Below, piece after piece: positions 8,686 to 18,520 of a stretch of 64,000 bases of DNA. The position numbers and the translations under genes were made by a program. How positions within the stretch are numbered: the first letter of the stretch is position 1; each line of letters begins with the position of its first letter. The stretch spans positions 45,718-109,717 of the IMG/VR virus record IMGVR_UViG_3300018424_007835; one strand, 5' to 3'. The notes under the pieces were generated by a model. It ran no database searches and was not told the origin of the DNA. It saw only the letters and a program-made list of their open reading frames with translations. This DNA comes from a virus.

Positions 8686-9201
8686 ATGGCGACAAGCACG
8701 AAAATAGATGTTGATACGAAGAGGCTGCGAATTTTTTTTGCGCAGATGATACGGCGTAGTAGCAACTTTTCACCAGTTTTTACGAAGGCGCTGCGAGACA
8801 TTGAGAAGGAAGAAGCTAGACATTTTGCAAGTAGGGGCAGTGGGACGTGGCCTCCCCTTGCTGCTTCCACTAGGGCTCAGAAGCGGCGAGAGGGTTTCCA
8901 AGCGGATCTTCTGCAGCGCACGGGAGCGTTGCGTGATAGTTTGGTATCGGGAGGCCCTGGTGGGGTTCGTAATCTTACCCCAAAGACAATGGAGTTTGGT
9001 ACTAGCGTAGAGTACGCTGGGTACCATTTTCATGGGGCACAGAAAGGCAACTGGCGGCTGCCAGTTAGAAATCCTTTGGTCCGGGCTGAAACTTTTGCCA
9101 ATAGCGTTGCTCAGGATACTGGTGGGTGGATTGTTTATGGTAAAGGGTGGCAGGAAAAGCGGGCGGCTTCAGCGGTTCGTAATTTGAGCGATATTCTCTA
9201 G
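8686..9201 (+). CDS. Virion morphogenesis / neck protein (Mu gpG-like)
   Basis: F...G..WPPLA.ST, LQRTGALRDSL, FGTSVEYAGYH. Confidence 0.82.
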   Translation: MATSTKIDVDTKRLRIFFAQMIRRSSNFSPVFTKALRDIEKEEARHFASRGSGTWPPLAASTRAQKRREGFQADLLQRTGALRDSLVSGGPGGVRNLTPKTMEFGTSVEYAGYHFHGAQKGNWRLPVRNPLVRAETFANSVAQDTGGWIVYGKGWQEKRAASAVRNLSDIL

Positions 9202-9217
9202 GATCGGAGGTTGACAA

Positions 9218-10093
9218 ATGATGTCAGGTCCTCGCCTAGCTAAGGCGTATGTATCTAATTATTTGGCTAATGATCTTCCGTCACGGCTTATCACATATCG
9301 GAATCATTGGGGGTTGAGCAGTTCTCAGCTTCCTTCACCGGTTCGCTATTTTACATACGAGCCGTTTGCTTTGGACAAGTGGCCTACAGTTATTACTGTG
9401 GTTATGAATACGGCCAGTGTTCGGCGGGATGGTTATGAGGTTGATGCTGATCCGTCGTTCAGGGTTACTTACAATATGCGCACTTACATTTGGGCCCGAG
9501 ATGGTGGTGCCCAAGTTGTTACTGAACAGCGTGACAATCTGACTACTGTTGTTAGGGAAGCTTTGATGGATGGGCCGTCGTTGTCGGCTTATGATTCTGG
9601 GGTTCCGTGTTACCCGAAGATTGATGAAAGTACGATTAGAGAAGAGTTTTCTGATCTTACTCTGATTAAAGGGGAGCGTCTTTTGGCGGGGGGCTACGTT
9701 TCGTATGACTTAGCTCTTGAAGAAATTGTGGACCATGACGCTTTGGGGTTTGTGCAAACGCATGAGAATACGGTGTCTAAGCTGCCTGTTACACCGAATG
9801 CACCCACTAATGTTATTGCGGTTGCTGGGGATACTCAGATAACTTTGGGGTGGACAGAGTCTACATGGAATGGGGGGGTCTATGAGATTACTGGGTTTAA
9901 TATTCAACAAAGCACGGATTCTGGTGCGACGTGGAGTACTGTGGTGGCTGATACCGGCAATACTGATCCTGTGTATACCGTTACTGGGTTGACTAATGGG
10001 ACTTCGTATTTGTTCCGTCTGGCTTCTGTGAATGCGGCGGGGGTAGGAGCGTATTCTGCATCGTCGCTGGCGAAGGTGCCCACGGCAGGATAG
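9218..10093 (+). CDS. Tail completion/terminator-like protein with C-terminal fibronectin type III domain
   Basis: Position in neck module; PNAPTNV..LGW...YTVTGLTNGTSYLFRLASVNAAGVG. Confidence 0.72.
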   Translation: MMSGPRLAKAYVSNYLANDLPSRLITYRNHWGLSSSQLPSPVRYFTYEPFALDKWPTVITVVMNTASVRRDGYEVDADPSFRVTYNMRTYIWARDGGAQVVTEQRDNLTTVVREALMDGPSLSAYDSGVPCYPKIDESTIREEFSDLTLIKGERLLAGGYVSYDLALEEIVDHDALGFVQTHENTVSKLPVTPNAPTNVIAVAGDTQITLGWTESTWNGGVYEITGFNIQQSTDSGATWSTVVADTGNTDPVYTVTGLTNGTSYLFRLASVNAAGVGAYSASSLAKVPTAG

Positions 10094-10102
10094 GATATAG
10101 TT

Positions 10103-13100
10103 ATGGCAGCTATTCCTGGCCGCTGGGGCGGTCTTCGTTCAGAACCTTATAAACCTAATCCGCCTGATGCTGACCTTGATGGCATCATTCAGGAGCAGAC
10201 GTTGTGGGAGCGCCCTAAGGGGTTTGTTTTTGCGATGGTGGATGCTGCTGGTAGGTTGGCTGAGGTTGCGGATGGTGCTGATCACCCGCCTGGGGTTGAT
10301 GTGTTTAGGCAGAATTTTGTGTTGGCGAGGCGTGGCGATAACGGTGTGTTGGAGCGTGTTGATAATGCTCCGAGGCCGTCGTGGGATCGGGATGATTTGT
10401 CGGCCCGGGATAGGTTTGGTACGGTGGGTGATAGGCTTGGGACTATTGCTAGCCCGAAGTCTCCTTATGTGCCGATGGCTGCGGAGGTTGTTGATCCGCC
10501 GATTGATCGGCGGGCTGAGTTACGTAAGAGGTATCCTGGTATTTCTGATGCCGGGTTGGAGATGATGTTGTGGGAGCCCACGGATGATCCTGATGAGATT
10601 GATAGGCGGCTTGGGTTTATTGAGGATTTGTATGGTGAGGATGTTTCTACGAATTTGAGGCAGTTTTTGGATGGGGTTCCGCCGGGGGATCGGGTTGATG
10701 CTGATTTTTCTGAGATGGCCGATGATCTTCCTGAGGAACCTTTTTATGTTACTGTTTTTGATGATAATTTGGGGGATTATCCAACTGATGATGAGGGTGT
10801 GCCCGTTTTTGATCGCCGTATTGAAGATGTTGTGTATGCGTTTCGGACGCCATCGGAGGCCGCTGCGGTGTGTCCGCTTCCGGGTGCTGGTATAAATGTT
10901 GCTAGTGGTATGCCTGCTGGTTTGCGTGTGAAGCAGGAGGAGGGGGAGAAGTCGGGCTCGGGCTGTGGCCCCGGGGTGCGGCTCGGCAGGGGGGCTGCGC
11001 TAGCTGAGGCTTTTGCCCTACTCCCTGATGATAATACGGGCGATGTTCGGCTTCCCGCCGATGTAGCTGCGATGGATGCCCAGGATGCAGCTGAACAGGC
11101 GGGGGACCGTGGGCATGCTCTGCGACATTTGATTGATAAGTATAAAAGGGCGCACGCTAACAGGCAGGGGGAGGCAACGGATAAGCTTATTGGAGACATG
11201 AGCGACGACAAGGTTGCCCTGGAGATACTTCGGGAGTGGCAGCAGGACGAAAGGAATCTAAAAAAGCTTAAGGATATATTTGGCGAAGATATGACCTGGG
11301 ACCTTTTTGAGGAGATGGCGGCTAGCCAAATTGATGAGCTTTTTGAAAATGAGGAGTTTACAAACCTACTGAAATCTGAAGAGATCCAAAATTACTACAA
11401 CCACGCCCGCATGTCGTTGCGGTATAGGGTGTCAGTGCTTAGACATATGGTGCGGGAGACCAGGAGGACATCTGAAGAGGAGGGCCGCTGGGCGGGGGTG
11501 AAGAAGTTTGCGAGCATGATAGCGGTGATGTCAGCCAGGGATGACTGGGAGAACAATATGCGCAGAGCTAATGCGCTGGCTGATCTTTTGAGTAGGGACA
11601 AACCCTTTGAAGTTAGTGTTGATCGTCTTATGGCTCACACTCTTGCAAATGATGGCAGGGGGTTGCCCGGCTTGGGTACAAACTCTACACTTCAGCAGAG
11701 AGTTGATGCGATTCACGAGTTTTTATTGAAGGCGTATAAGGATAACCCAGAGGGACTCGCTGAAGCCAACGCCATGTTGGATGAGTTGATAGGAAAACTA
11801 AACGAGGTAAGTGAAGATGTTAGAATCGAATTAACTCGGGATGGAGATGGTGCCCCGAAGTTGTTGATAAAAAGACGAAACGAGGTAAGTCGAGTTTTCG
11901 AAGAGATTGATGGTGCCCCTCACAGCAAGGACCGTCCCTTGGAAACCCTTCCGAAAGGTTTCTCTTTTGAGAGCTTGAGGAAGCATCTAGATGTTTTAAC
12001 GGACGAGCAGCGTGTGAGACTAGTGGTTCAGCCTAGCGCCTGGAGCAACGAAGGCGAAGAAGAAGCGGTGGACATACCTACTTTGGAGGCGTTGATAAAC
12101 TTGCATTTGACTAGCAGCTCCGGTGCCGGGTCGATTCGGGCCGGTGGCGGGTCGGGCAATATTATTGGGGCGTTGGAAATTTTTTATGGCCATAAAACTA
12201 TAGACGAGTTGTCTGGCCCTAAAACTGATGCGTTTTTTTGGTCGTTGTTTAGTGACGAGGTTAAGCGGCGGGGTGCTGTGGATACGCATGTACTGGTCGG
12301 GATGATTGATCCAAATCGGGTGCTTACTTTCATTTTTCACAAGGATAGCGGAAAAGACCGATTAAATATTGCGCCGGAGGGGTCAGATGTCAAGATTCCG
12401 TTTGATCCTGATAACATAGATTGGCAAAATGCTTACAAGGCTAAGTATGGTGGAGATTTCGAAAAGATTGATGGTGGGTGGAGGTGGGTGCCTACTGCGG
12501 GACCGAGGGAGAAAGGTGCGGAGTTTGTAGAAGGCGAGGCGTACATTGACTTTGTGAAAAAAGACGATAACTGGGCTATGCGTGGCACTGCCCCTGCTCT
12601 GCGGGCGGAGGGGAGCGGCACGGGCAGGGCTGGCTTTAAGAACATGATTAGAGGCGGCTCCGATGTACGGATAGAGGGTCTAGAGGGTGAAAAGTTGTCC
12701 AGTGATCGGGGATGGTCTTATACCCTAGAACGGGTGCTAGAGCAGACTGCGGAGAAGCATAACGTTTCTCCTGAAGTTTTGCAGGCAGCTATTTGGGAGT
12801 ACATCCGAACTCGTAGATCTGAAGTTGTGATGGTCGAGGGTGGTTTTGATTATCCGATTAGGTCAGACCCTCATAATGCTGTACGAACTAACACTTACCT
12901 TACTGCTCCATCTGATTTAGTTAGGCGGTTTCCTAGACTTAGAACTAGGTCATCCCACGGCCCTAAGGGCGATCTGCAAAGCAAAGATATTTTGTGGCGT
13001 AGGGCAGAGCTTACGACAAGGGGTGTAATAGGTGAGCCTCTGACGGATGAGGATGTTCGTTTCCAAAGGCTGCTCAGTGTTTTAACTGAAGACGACATAA

Positions 13101-16030
13101 GAGTACTAGCCAAGTTGCGTGACCGCCGAAGAGGCTCGGATATCAACTACCCCCTCGGGAAGGACCGCCAAGTTGACTATGAAGCGATGGGATTGTCGCC
13201 GGGTCTCAAGCAGCTACTGGAGGATGATCCTGCCGTCGTGGGCCTCCTCGATGAGACGCTCATAATGTTTAACCCTGATGAGAAGTATGTTGATCGAAAC
13301 GGGGTCGAACACACTGGCGTGGAGGTTGTAATTGCCATGCTAAAAGAACACCCCCCAAACACATTTCCCGTTGGGGAGGGGGGGCTAGGGTACGTACATG
13401 TGCATACGGATGTACCTGAAGGTGAGGGCTGGTCAGCAGTTACTGATGAAGATGATAATATTCTAGGGTATTTACGTACGGCCGACATTGCATGGTTAGA
13501 GAAGGCTCGTGTTTTAACTAGGTCTTGCGGTAGTCCCATAAACGAGTCATCGGCGTTTAGGGGCATTGAGCTAAAAGATAGAGCAGGGAGTAGTAGCTGT
13601 AATATTGTGTTCGGCGGGCTCCCTAGCGGTTTGCGTATTTCTCCACACTCTGAGGTTGCTGTCCCTGAAAATTTTGCTGATATGTCCCCTGAGGCTGCAG
13701 ACGTAGTCGCCCATAATATTTTGGCTGGGAGAGATAGGTCAGAGTGGGGTGCCGAGACCCGTCTCAGTAGGGTGGGACTGTTCCAAGAGCACCCTCAGCA
13801 TCGGGGTTTTTATTTGGGGGAAGACGGAAACTTTTACGATGCTTCAGACAACATGCTGGCCGATGATGGAGACATTGTGCCGTCACCGGAGTTTTTGGAA
13901 GAGAGCGATAGGGCGCTGCGTGCCCTTTCTGAAGGTATTAGAAAGTTCGATGCCGATGCCGCTAAGCGTGCTTCTCAGCGCCAGGACAGATTGTACGGGT
14001 CTAGTTCTGATGAGCCTGAGGCGTCACCTGAACTTATAGGTCAGTTGCGGGTGGCTGAAGCGATAGGTGATAATTTTGTGGCGAGCGTTAGAGAAATGGA
14101 TGACCGGTATCGGGAACGAGTGGAACGGCCCGATGGCCGTGGTCAGTTTGTTTACGATCTTGACGAAGCGGCAAGGCGGGAGAAAATTAGAGAGATAGAA
14201 GAGGCGAGAGAGCAGTTCTCTCAGTCTCTGCAAAAGTTTTTTGATGAAGAGCGCCGTTACGATCCTGATAATCCTCCTACTGTTTTTATGAACACACGGT
14301 CTGTGGCTGCCCGTGAAGGGGCGCAACGTAGAAGTGGGGGCCGCCCACTCACTGAGGCTGAGGCACTAGAAGAGGCCGACAGGTATAGAGATATTTTTAA
14401 AGAAAGCCAGACAGCCTTGGATGAGCAGGCGAAGCGGAGTGAGGAGTGGCGCAATTCGGAGCGGCCTATGTTTATGGGACCTGACCGTTCCTATTGGTCC
14501 ACGTCGAATATTGATTCTTTATCTGACTCTGATAGGGCAAGTAGGCGTTCTGATATTCAAGAGGGTCTCGATAATCTTTGGGGGGAGTATGGGACCGGCA
14601 AGGGTGGAGATGTCACGCAAAGAGTGGGGGACAGCGGCGGAGCTTACTTCCAACCCCCTTCAGATAAAGCGCCGGAAGAGTTACTGTCTACGTTTGCTAG
14701 CGAAAAGACTAGTGTCTTAGAGGAGCAGCTTCGCACCGGCCGCCGCCGCACCGCAGGTGGAGAAGTTGAAATGTCTGACGCTGACCGCCGGGAAGCACAA
14801 ACTATTCTCGACTATTTGAAAAACACTTCCCCAGAGCAGCAGAAGAAAGATATTGTAGATTTCTTACGCAGAAATGTTGAAGATGAAGACACCGTTGTTG
14901 CCTGGCGTGCCAGCCCACAGACTATTGGTCTTGTCGCTGAGGATGGACGAATTAAGACTACGCACGAGTTGGAGTTTAGTCGCCCAACTGGGAGAACACG
15001 AGCAGACGACGTTGGTGCCACTAGCCCACCGACGATGCGTAGAGCATACGAAACTTCCATAGGGATTCCTGTTGATACCCCAGATGATGAACGTCCGGTT
15101 TCTGGGCTGGTTTCTTACGGTCCCCGCCGCCGTAGGGCTGCTGCCGATATTCTTGCTCAGCGTCAGGCTGAGTTGACTCCAGAAGAGTTTGCTCTGTATG
15201 ATGTGCGCTCCGACCCATTGTACATGCAGGCAGTTAGTGGTGCGGCGGAAGATTACGGCACAGCTATGGTGGAGTTTAAGCGTGACACGAATAGGAATGC
15301 CACGTTTGTTATCGGTGACTCTTTGAATATTGGTGGTGTTCCTGCTGGTATGGAGAATGCTTCTGATGAGGAGTTGTTGCGGATGGTGTTTGATGACACG
15401 TATCGGAATGCCCCTAATTCTGCTGATGTGACTTCGCATGACCGGTTTATGGAGATGATGATTTTGGGTCGGGATGAGGCGCTTGGTGAGGGTTATGCGG
15501 GGTCTTGGCGGTTGCCTGATTCTAAGGTGGGCCGGGATTCGGGTTATCATGAGGCTCTTTTGCCTGGTGGTAGTGGTATTGCTGATGTGGAGACTGTGTT
15601 TTTGGATGGGCAGTATAATACGCAAGTTCCTGGCTACCGTAGTGGTCGGCCTTCTTTGGAGGTGTTGCAGGAGCAGGACCGGTGGATGAGCTTGATTCCT
15701 GACGAAGAACGTGATATGCTAGAGGAGATAGTTCGACTTAGAGGTGCTGATAGTTCCGAGGTGCAGTCTGCGTTAAATGCGTGGAAGCAGCTTCTTAACC
15801 AGTTTGATGAGTCTGAGAGTCGTAGGGAAATAGAGGAGACGTTAAAGAAATTGAATCAGGACTTGAAAATTCAGTGGCTTGAAAATAGGGGTGTAAGTTT
15901 GGAGCGCCGTATTGCCGCTGCTAAGGAACGTCTGGGCACTGATGATCCTATTGATCTTCTTATGCGACGTAATTTGGAAAAGCTGTTAGAGGGTATTCGT
16001 AAGCAACACGCAAACCTGCTTGGGCGTTGA
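10103..16030 (+). CDS. Giant multidomain (polyvalent) protein, 1975 aa; glycosylase-like (DUF7178-type) and ADP-ribosyltransferase-like (DUF3626-type) regions
   Basis: Uninterrupted ORF. Motifs IAVMSARDDWENN / GPKTDAFF / VDTH / LQAAIW and RPVSG / YG / NATFVIGDSL / YHEALLPGG..DVE. Domain calls are by eye. Confidence 0.65.
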   Translation: MAAIPGRWGGLRSEPYKPNPPDADLDGIIQEQTLWERPKGFVFAMVDAAGRLAEVADGADHPPGVDVFRQNFVLARRGDNGVLERVDNAPRPSWDRDDLSARDRFGTVGDRLGTIASPKSPYVPMAAEVVDPPIDRRAELRKRYPGISDAGLEMMLWEPTDDPDEIDRRLGFIEDLYGEDVSTNLRQFLDGVPPGDRVDADFSEMADDLPEEPFYVTVFDDNLGDYPTDDEGVPVFDRRIEDVVYAFRTPSEAAAVCPLPGAGINVASGMPAGLRVKQEEGEKSGSGCGPGVRLGRGAALAEAFALLPDDNTGDVRLPADVAAMDAQDAAEQAGDRGHALRHLIDKYKRAHANRQGEATDKLIGDMSDDKVALEILREWQQDERNLKKLKDIFGEDMTWDLFEEMAASQIDELFENEEFTNLLKSEEIQNYYNHARMSLRYRVSVLRHMVRETRRTSEEEGRWAGVKKFASMIAVMSARDDWENNMRRANALADLLSRDKPFEVSVDRLMAHTLANDGRGLPGLGTNSTLQQRVDAIHEFLLKAYKDNPEGLAEANAMLDELIGKLNEVSEDVRIELTRDGDGAPKLLIKRRNEVSRVFEEIDGAPHSKDRPLETLPKGFSFESLRKHLDVLTDEQRVRLVVQPSAWSNEGEEEAVDIPTLEALINLHLTSSSGAGSIRAGGGSGNIIGALEIFYGHKTIDELSGPKTDAFFWSLFSDEVKRRGAVDTHVLVGMIDPNRVLTFIFHKDSGKDRLNIAPEGSDVKIPFDPDNIDWQNAYKAKYGGDFEKIDGGWRWVPTAGPREKGAEFVEGEAYIDFVKKDDNWAMRGTAPALRAEGSGTGRAGFKNMIRGGSDVRIEGLEGEKLSSDRGWSYTLERVLEQTAEKHNVSPEVLQAAIWEYIRTRRSEVVMVEGGFDYPIRSDPHNAVRTNTYLTAPSDLVRRFPRLRTRSSHGPKGDLQSKDILWRRAELTTRGVIGEPLTDEDVRFQRLLSVLTEDDIRVLAKLRDRRRGSDINYPLGKDRQVDYEAMGLSPGLKQLLEDDPAVVGLLDETLIMFNPDEKYVDRNGVEHTGVEVVIAMLKEHPPNTFPVGEGGLGYVHVHTDVPEGEGWSAVTDEDDNILGYLRTADIAWLEKARVLTRSCGSPINESSAFRGIELKDRAGSSSCNIVFGGLPSGLRISPHSEVAVPENFADMSPEAADVVAHNILAGRDRSEWGAETRLSRVGLFQEHPQHRGFYLGEDGNFYDASDNMLADDGDIVPSPEFLEESDRALRALSEGIRKFDADAAKRASQRQDRLYGSSSDEPEASPELIGQLRVAEAIGDNFVASVREMDDRYRERVERPDGRGQFVYDLDEAARREKIREIEEAREQFSQSLQKFFDEERRYDPDNPPTVFMNTRSVAAREGAQRRSGGRPLTEAEALEEADRYRDIFKESQTALDEQAKRSEEWRNSERPMFMGPDRSYWSTSNIDSLSDSDRASRRSDIQEGLDNLWGEYGTGKGGDVTQRVGDSGGAYFQPPSDKAPEELLSTFASEKTSVLEEQLRTGRRRTAGGEVEMSDADRREAQTILDYLKNTSPEQQKKDIVDFLRRNVEDEDTVVAWRASPQTIGLVAEDGRIKTTHELEFSRPTGRTRADDVGATSPPTMRRAYETSIGIPVDTPDDERPVSGLVSYGPRRRRAAADILAQRQAELTPEEFALYDVRSDPLYMQAVSGAAEDYGTAMVEFKRDTNRNATFVIGDSLNIGGVPAGMENASDEELLRMVFDDTYRNAPNSADVTSHDRFMEMMILGRDEALGEGYAGSWRLPDSKVGRDSGYHEALLPGGSGIADVETVFLDGQYNTQVPGYRSGRPSLEVLQEQDRWMSLIPDEERDMLEEIVRLRGADSSEVQSALNAWKQLLNQFDESESRREIEETLKKLNQDLKIQWLENRGVSLERRIAAAKERLGTDDPIDLLMRRNLEKLLEGIRKQHANLLGR

Positions 16031-16039
16031 GGTGTCTAG

Positions 16040-16447
16040 ATGAAAAATAATCCGCCGCACAATTATTATCCGTTGGCTTTTAACGATGACGAAGTATTGT
16101 TGTTTGACGCAGATAGTTACGCAAAGAATGGTTCGTTAAAGGGCATGCTTGTTGGTTTGAGCGATGTTCGGCAGGTTCGTCATATCAGCATGTTTTTGTC
16201 ACATGTGCCGGGTATGTTTTTTGTTAAACATCCGTTGGCCCAATTTTTCAATGTTGATTTGTATGCAAGTGAGGGTATTCCTGAAGAGTTGTTTACTGAG
16301 GATCTTCCCGAGATTCGGCTGGAGCGTGTATCGAAGTTTTTGAAGAACTTTTTGAATAAGATAGGGGTTTCGGTGGATGGGGAACCGTTTGAGTTTAGGC
16401 GACCTATTGAAGATTCTAGGGTTGATAGTGAGATTGAAAGTTTGTAG
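16040..16447 (+). CDS. Hypothetical protein (135 aa)
   Basis: GAGG RBS, 9 nt after the giant gene. Confidence 0.7.
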   Translation: MKNNPPHNYYPLAFNDDEVLLFDADSYAKNGSLKGMLVGLSDVRQVRHISMFLSHVPGMFFVKHPLAQFFNVDLYASEGIPEELFTEDLPEIRLERVSKFLKNFLNKIGVSVDGEPFEFRRPIEDSRVDSEIESL

Positions 16448-16461
16448 AAAGGTAATTTGTG

Positions 16462-16629
16462 ATGGCACCGCATAAAAAGTTTACATTAGAAAGTGGCACT
16501 GAAGTTTCTGTTGATCGGCTTATTGCCGACAGCCTTGTGCGCCCTCGGGCTAGTTGGCCCATTCCAGAGGCAATGACGGAGAATGCGCAGGTAGAGTTGT
16601 GGAAGAGAGCCCGGTATGCCGAAGTATAG
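16462..16629 (+). CDS. Hypothetical 55-aa protein, not in ORF track
   Basis: GAAAGG RBS; MAPHKKFTLESGTEVSVDRLIADSLVRPRASWPIPEAMTENAQVELWKRARYAEV; fills the gap between neighbours. Confidence 0.55.
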   Translation: MAPHKKFTLESGTEVSVDRLIADSLVRPRASWPIPEAMTENAQVELWKRARYAEV

Positions 16630-16837
16630 AAAGATCACAGGTGGTGGTAAAACTTACGTAGAAGCGATTCCTGCATGGCAGCAAGATTGGGAAAATCACG
16701 AGCTAGATCAGTGGGATGATGTTTATCGTGGGTTTGAACAGTGGGAAATTCTAGACCTAGTAGAAGAGTATCCTGACGCTACCCCCGACGAGTTAAAAGA
16801 AATGGCGTTGGCTGCACGAGAAAACGATTCCGACTGA
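16616..16837 (+). CDS. Small acidic hypothetical protein (73 aa)
   Basis: Overlaps the upstream stop; D/E/W-rich. Confidence 0.6.
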   Translation: MPKYRKITGGGKTYVEAIPAWQQDWENHELDQWDDVYRGFEQWEILDLVEEYPDATPDELKEMALAARENDSD

Positions 16838-16838
16838 T

Positions 16839-16919
16839 AGTTCCATCCATATTCCGTCGTTGCATGGTAACATAATACTTGACAGAGCAGACTTTCGTCT
16901 GGCCCTCAGGGCAAGTCAA
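16839..16919 (+). promoter_or_regulatory. Putative late promoter and structured 5' leader of the sheath operon
   Basis: AGTTCC-N23-TAACATAATACTTGAC; leader folds as TTGAC/GTCAA enclosing CAGAC/GTCTG and GCCC/GGGC. Confidence 0.55.
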
Positions 16920-16957
16920 TACGTATTGATATCGACAACGAAAATTGGAGGCTAAAA

Positions 16958-18508
16958 ATGCCGGGAATTAATGTCACCACTGCAGTACGCACTGGTCCTG
17001 TCGGCACTACGGACATCGTATCAGGTCAGGCGTTCATGATTGGTGCAACAGAGCGAGGGCCGGTGGATGAGCCGCTTTTGCTTAGGTCTTTTCAGGACTA
17101 CACCACGTATTATGGTAACTATCAGGCTAATTCGCTGTATATGCATGCGAAGACTTTTTTTGATGAGGGTGGTTCTCGTTTGTATGTGCGTAGGGCGCAT
17201 GCGGGTACGGCGGCTTCAGCAACGGTTGGTTCGCTTGCTTTGAATGACAGCGCATCGTCTGCGACTATGATTGTGGAGGCTAAGACTCCGGGTCCGTGGT
17301 CGGCTAATTTGACTGTTCAGGTGCAGAACAATAGTGATGATAGCAATATTGCTGCTGGTTCGTTTAGGATTTTGATTCGTCTTGATGGTGAGCTTCTTTT
17401 GTCGACTCGGGATTTGGTTGATGTGAGTGATGCTATTAATGTGATTAATTCTTCGTCTGTTAATCATTTGATTGAGGCTTCTGATGATGTTACTTCTTCT
17501 AACAACCCTGATTCGCTGGCGGCGACTGCGCTTTCTACAGGTGTAGCTCCTGCTCCTACTGATACTACGATTGCCGAGGATTTGGTGGGCACCTCTGCGG
17601 GGGCAGTTTCCCGGTATGGGGATGGGGCGTTTAGCCCAAATTTGAAGAGTGGTGCCGTTTTGGCTCCTGAGAATGGTGTGACTGCTGTTTGGGCTGCTCT
17701 GCGTGATCATGCTGTGGCGAATAATCGTATTGCGATTTGTGATTTCAGCTCGGGCGACTCAGCTGCTACTGCTCGTTCGGCTGCGGCAGCCTATTATAGT
17801 GATTCGAGTGCGCACTATATGGCGTTCTACTGGCCTTACGTAAAGGTTCCCGTTCCTAACTCTTCCGAGTTGGCTACTGGCACTTCGGCCCTGATCGGTT
17901 CCACTTTGACTATCGCCCCGTCTTCATATGCGGCTGCTGCGAGGGCACGGGCGGTTCAGGAAGCCACTGGACCTTGGCGTGCGGGTGCCGGTCAGATTTC
18001 TTCGGCTAAGACGATCACTGCGTTGGCTCAGGATGTGACGGCGGCAACGGGTGATATTATGGACAACGCCAGGGTTAATGCTTTGCGTAAGGTTGGCACT
18101 TCTATTCGGGTGTATGGTGCCCGCTCTGTGTCAAATGATGAAACGAACTGGCGGTACATCACTCAGCGAGACACCCTTAACTACATTACGGTTGGGGTTG
18201 CGGACCGAATGGAACAGTACCTGTTTGAAACGGTTGACGCACGAGGAAATCTTTTCGGACGAATTCGTGGTGCGATTAAGGCGTTCCTTGAGCCCATTCG
18301 GGTTGCGGGTGGTCTTTTTGAAGCCTACGATGATGATGGTGTGTTGCTTGATCCTGGCTACAATGTTACGGTCAACAGCACTAATAACCCGACTAGCCAG
18401 CTTGCCACCGGCCTTGTTAAGGCTGATGTTGGTGTGCGTGTGTCTGGTGTGGCGGACCTTATCAATATTACGATTACTAAGAGTAATTTGTCGGCCCCTG
18501 TTATCTAA
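16958..18508 (+). CDS. Tail sheath protein
   Basis: MPGINV, G.TERGP, FFDEGG.RLYVRR, KTPGPW, YWPYV, VYGARS, WRYI, YLFE. Confidence 0.95.
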   Translation: MPGINVTTAVRTGPVGTTDIVSGQAFMIGATERGPVDEPLLLRSFQDYTTYYGNYQANSLYMHAKTFFDEGGSRLYVRRAHAGTAASATVGSLALNDSASSATMIVEAKTPGPWSANLTVQVQNNSDDSNIAAGSFRILIRLDGELLLSTRDLVDVSDAINVINSSSVNHLIEASDDVTSSNNPDSLAATALSTGVAPAPTDTTIAEDLVGTSAGAVSRYGDGAFSPNLKSGAVLAPENGVTAVWAALRDHAVANNRIAICDFSSGDSAATARSAAAAYYSDSSAHYMAFYWPYVKVPVPNSSELATGTSALIGSTLTIAPSSYAAAARARAVQEATGPWRAGAGQISSAKTITALAQDVTAATGDIMDNARVNALRKVGTSIRVYGARSVSNDETNWRYITQRDTLNYITVGVADRMEQYLFETVDARGNLFGRIRGAIKAFLEPIRVAGGLFEAYDDDGVLLDPGYNVTVNSTNNPTSQLATGLVKADVGVRVSGVADLINITITKSNLSAPVI

Positions 18509-18520
18509 GGAGTATTTTAA

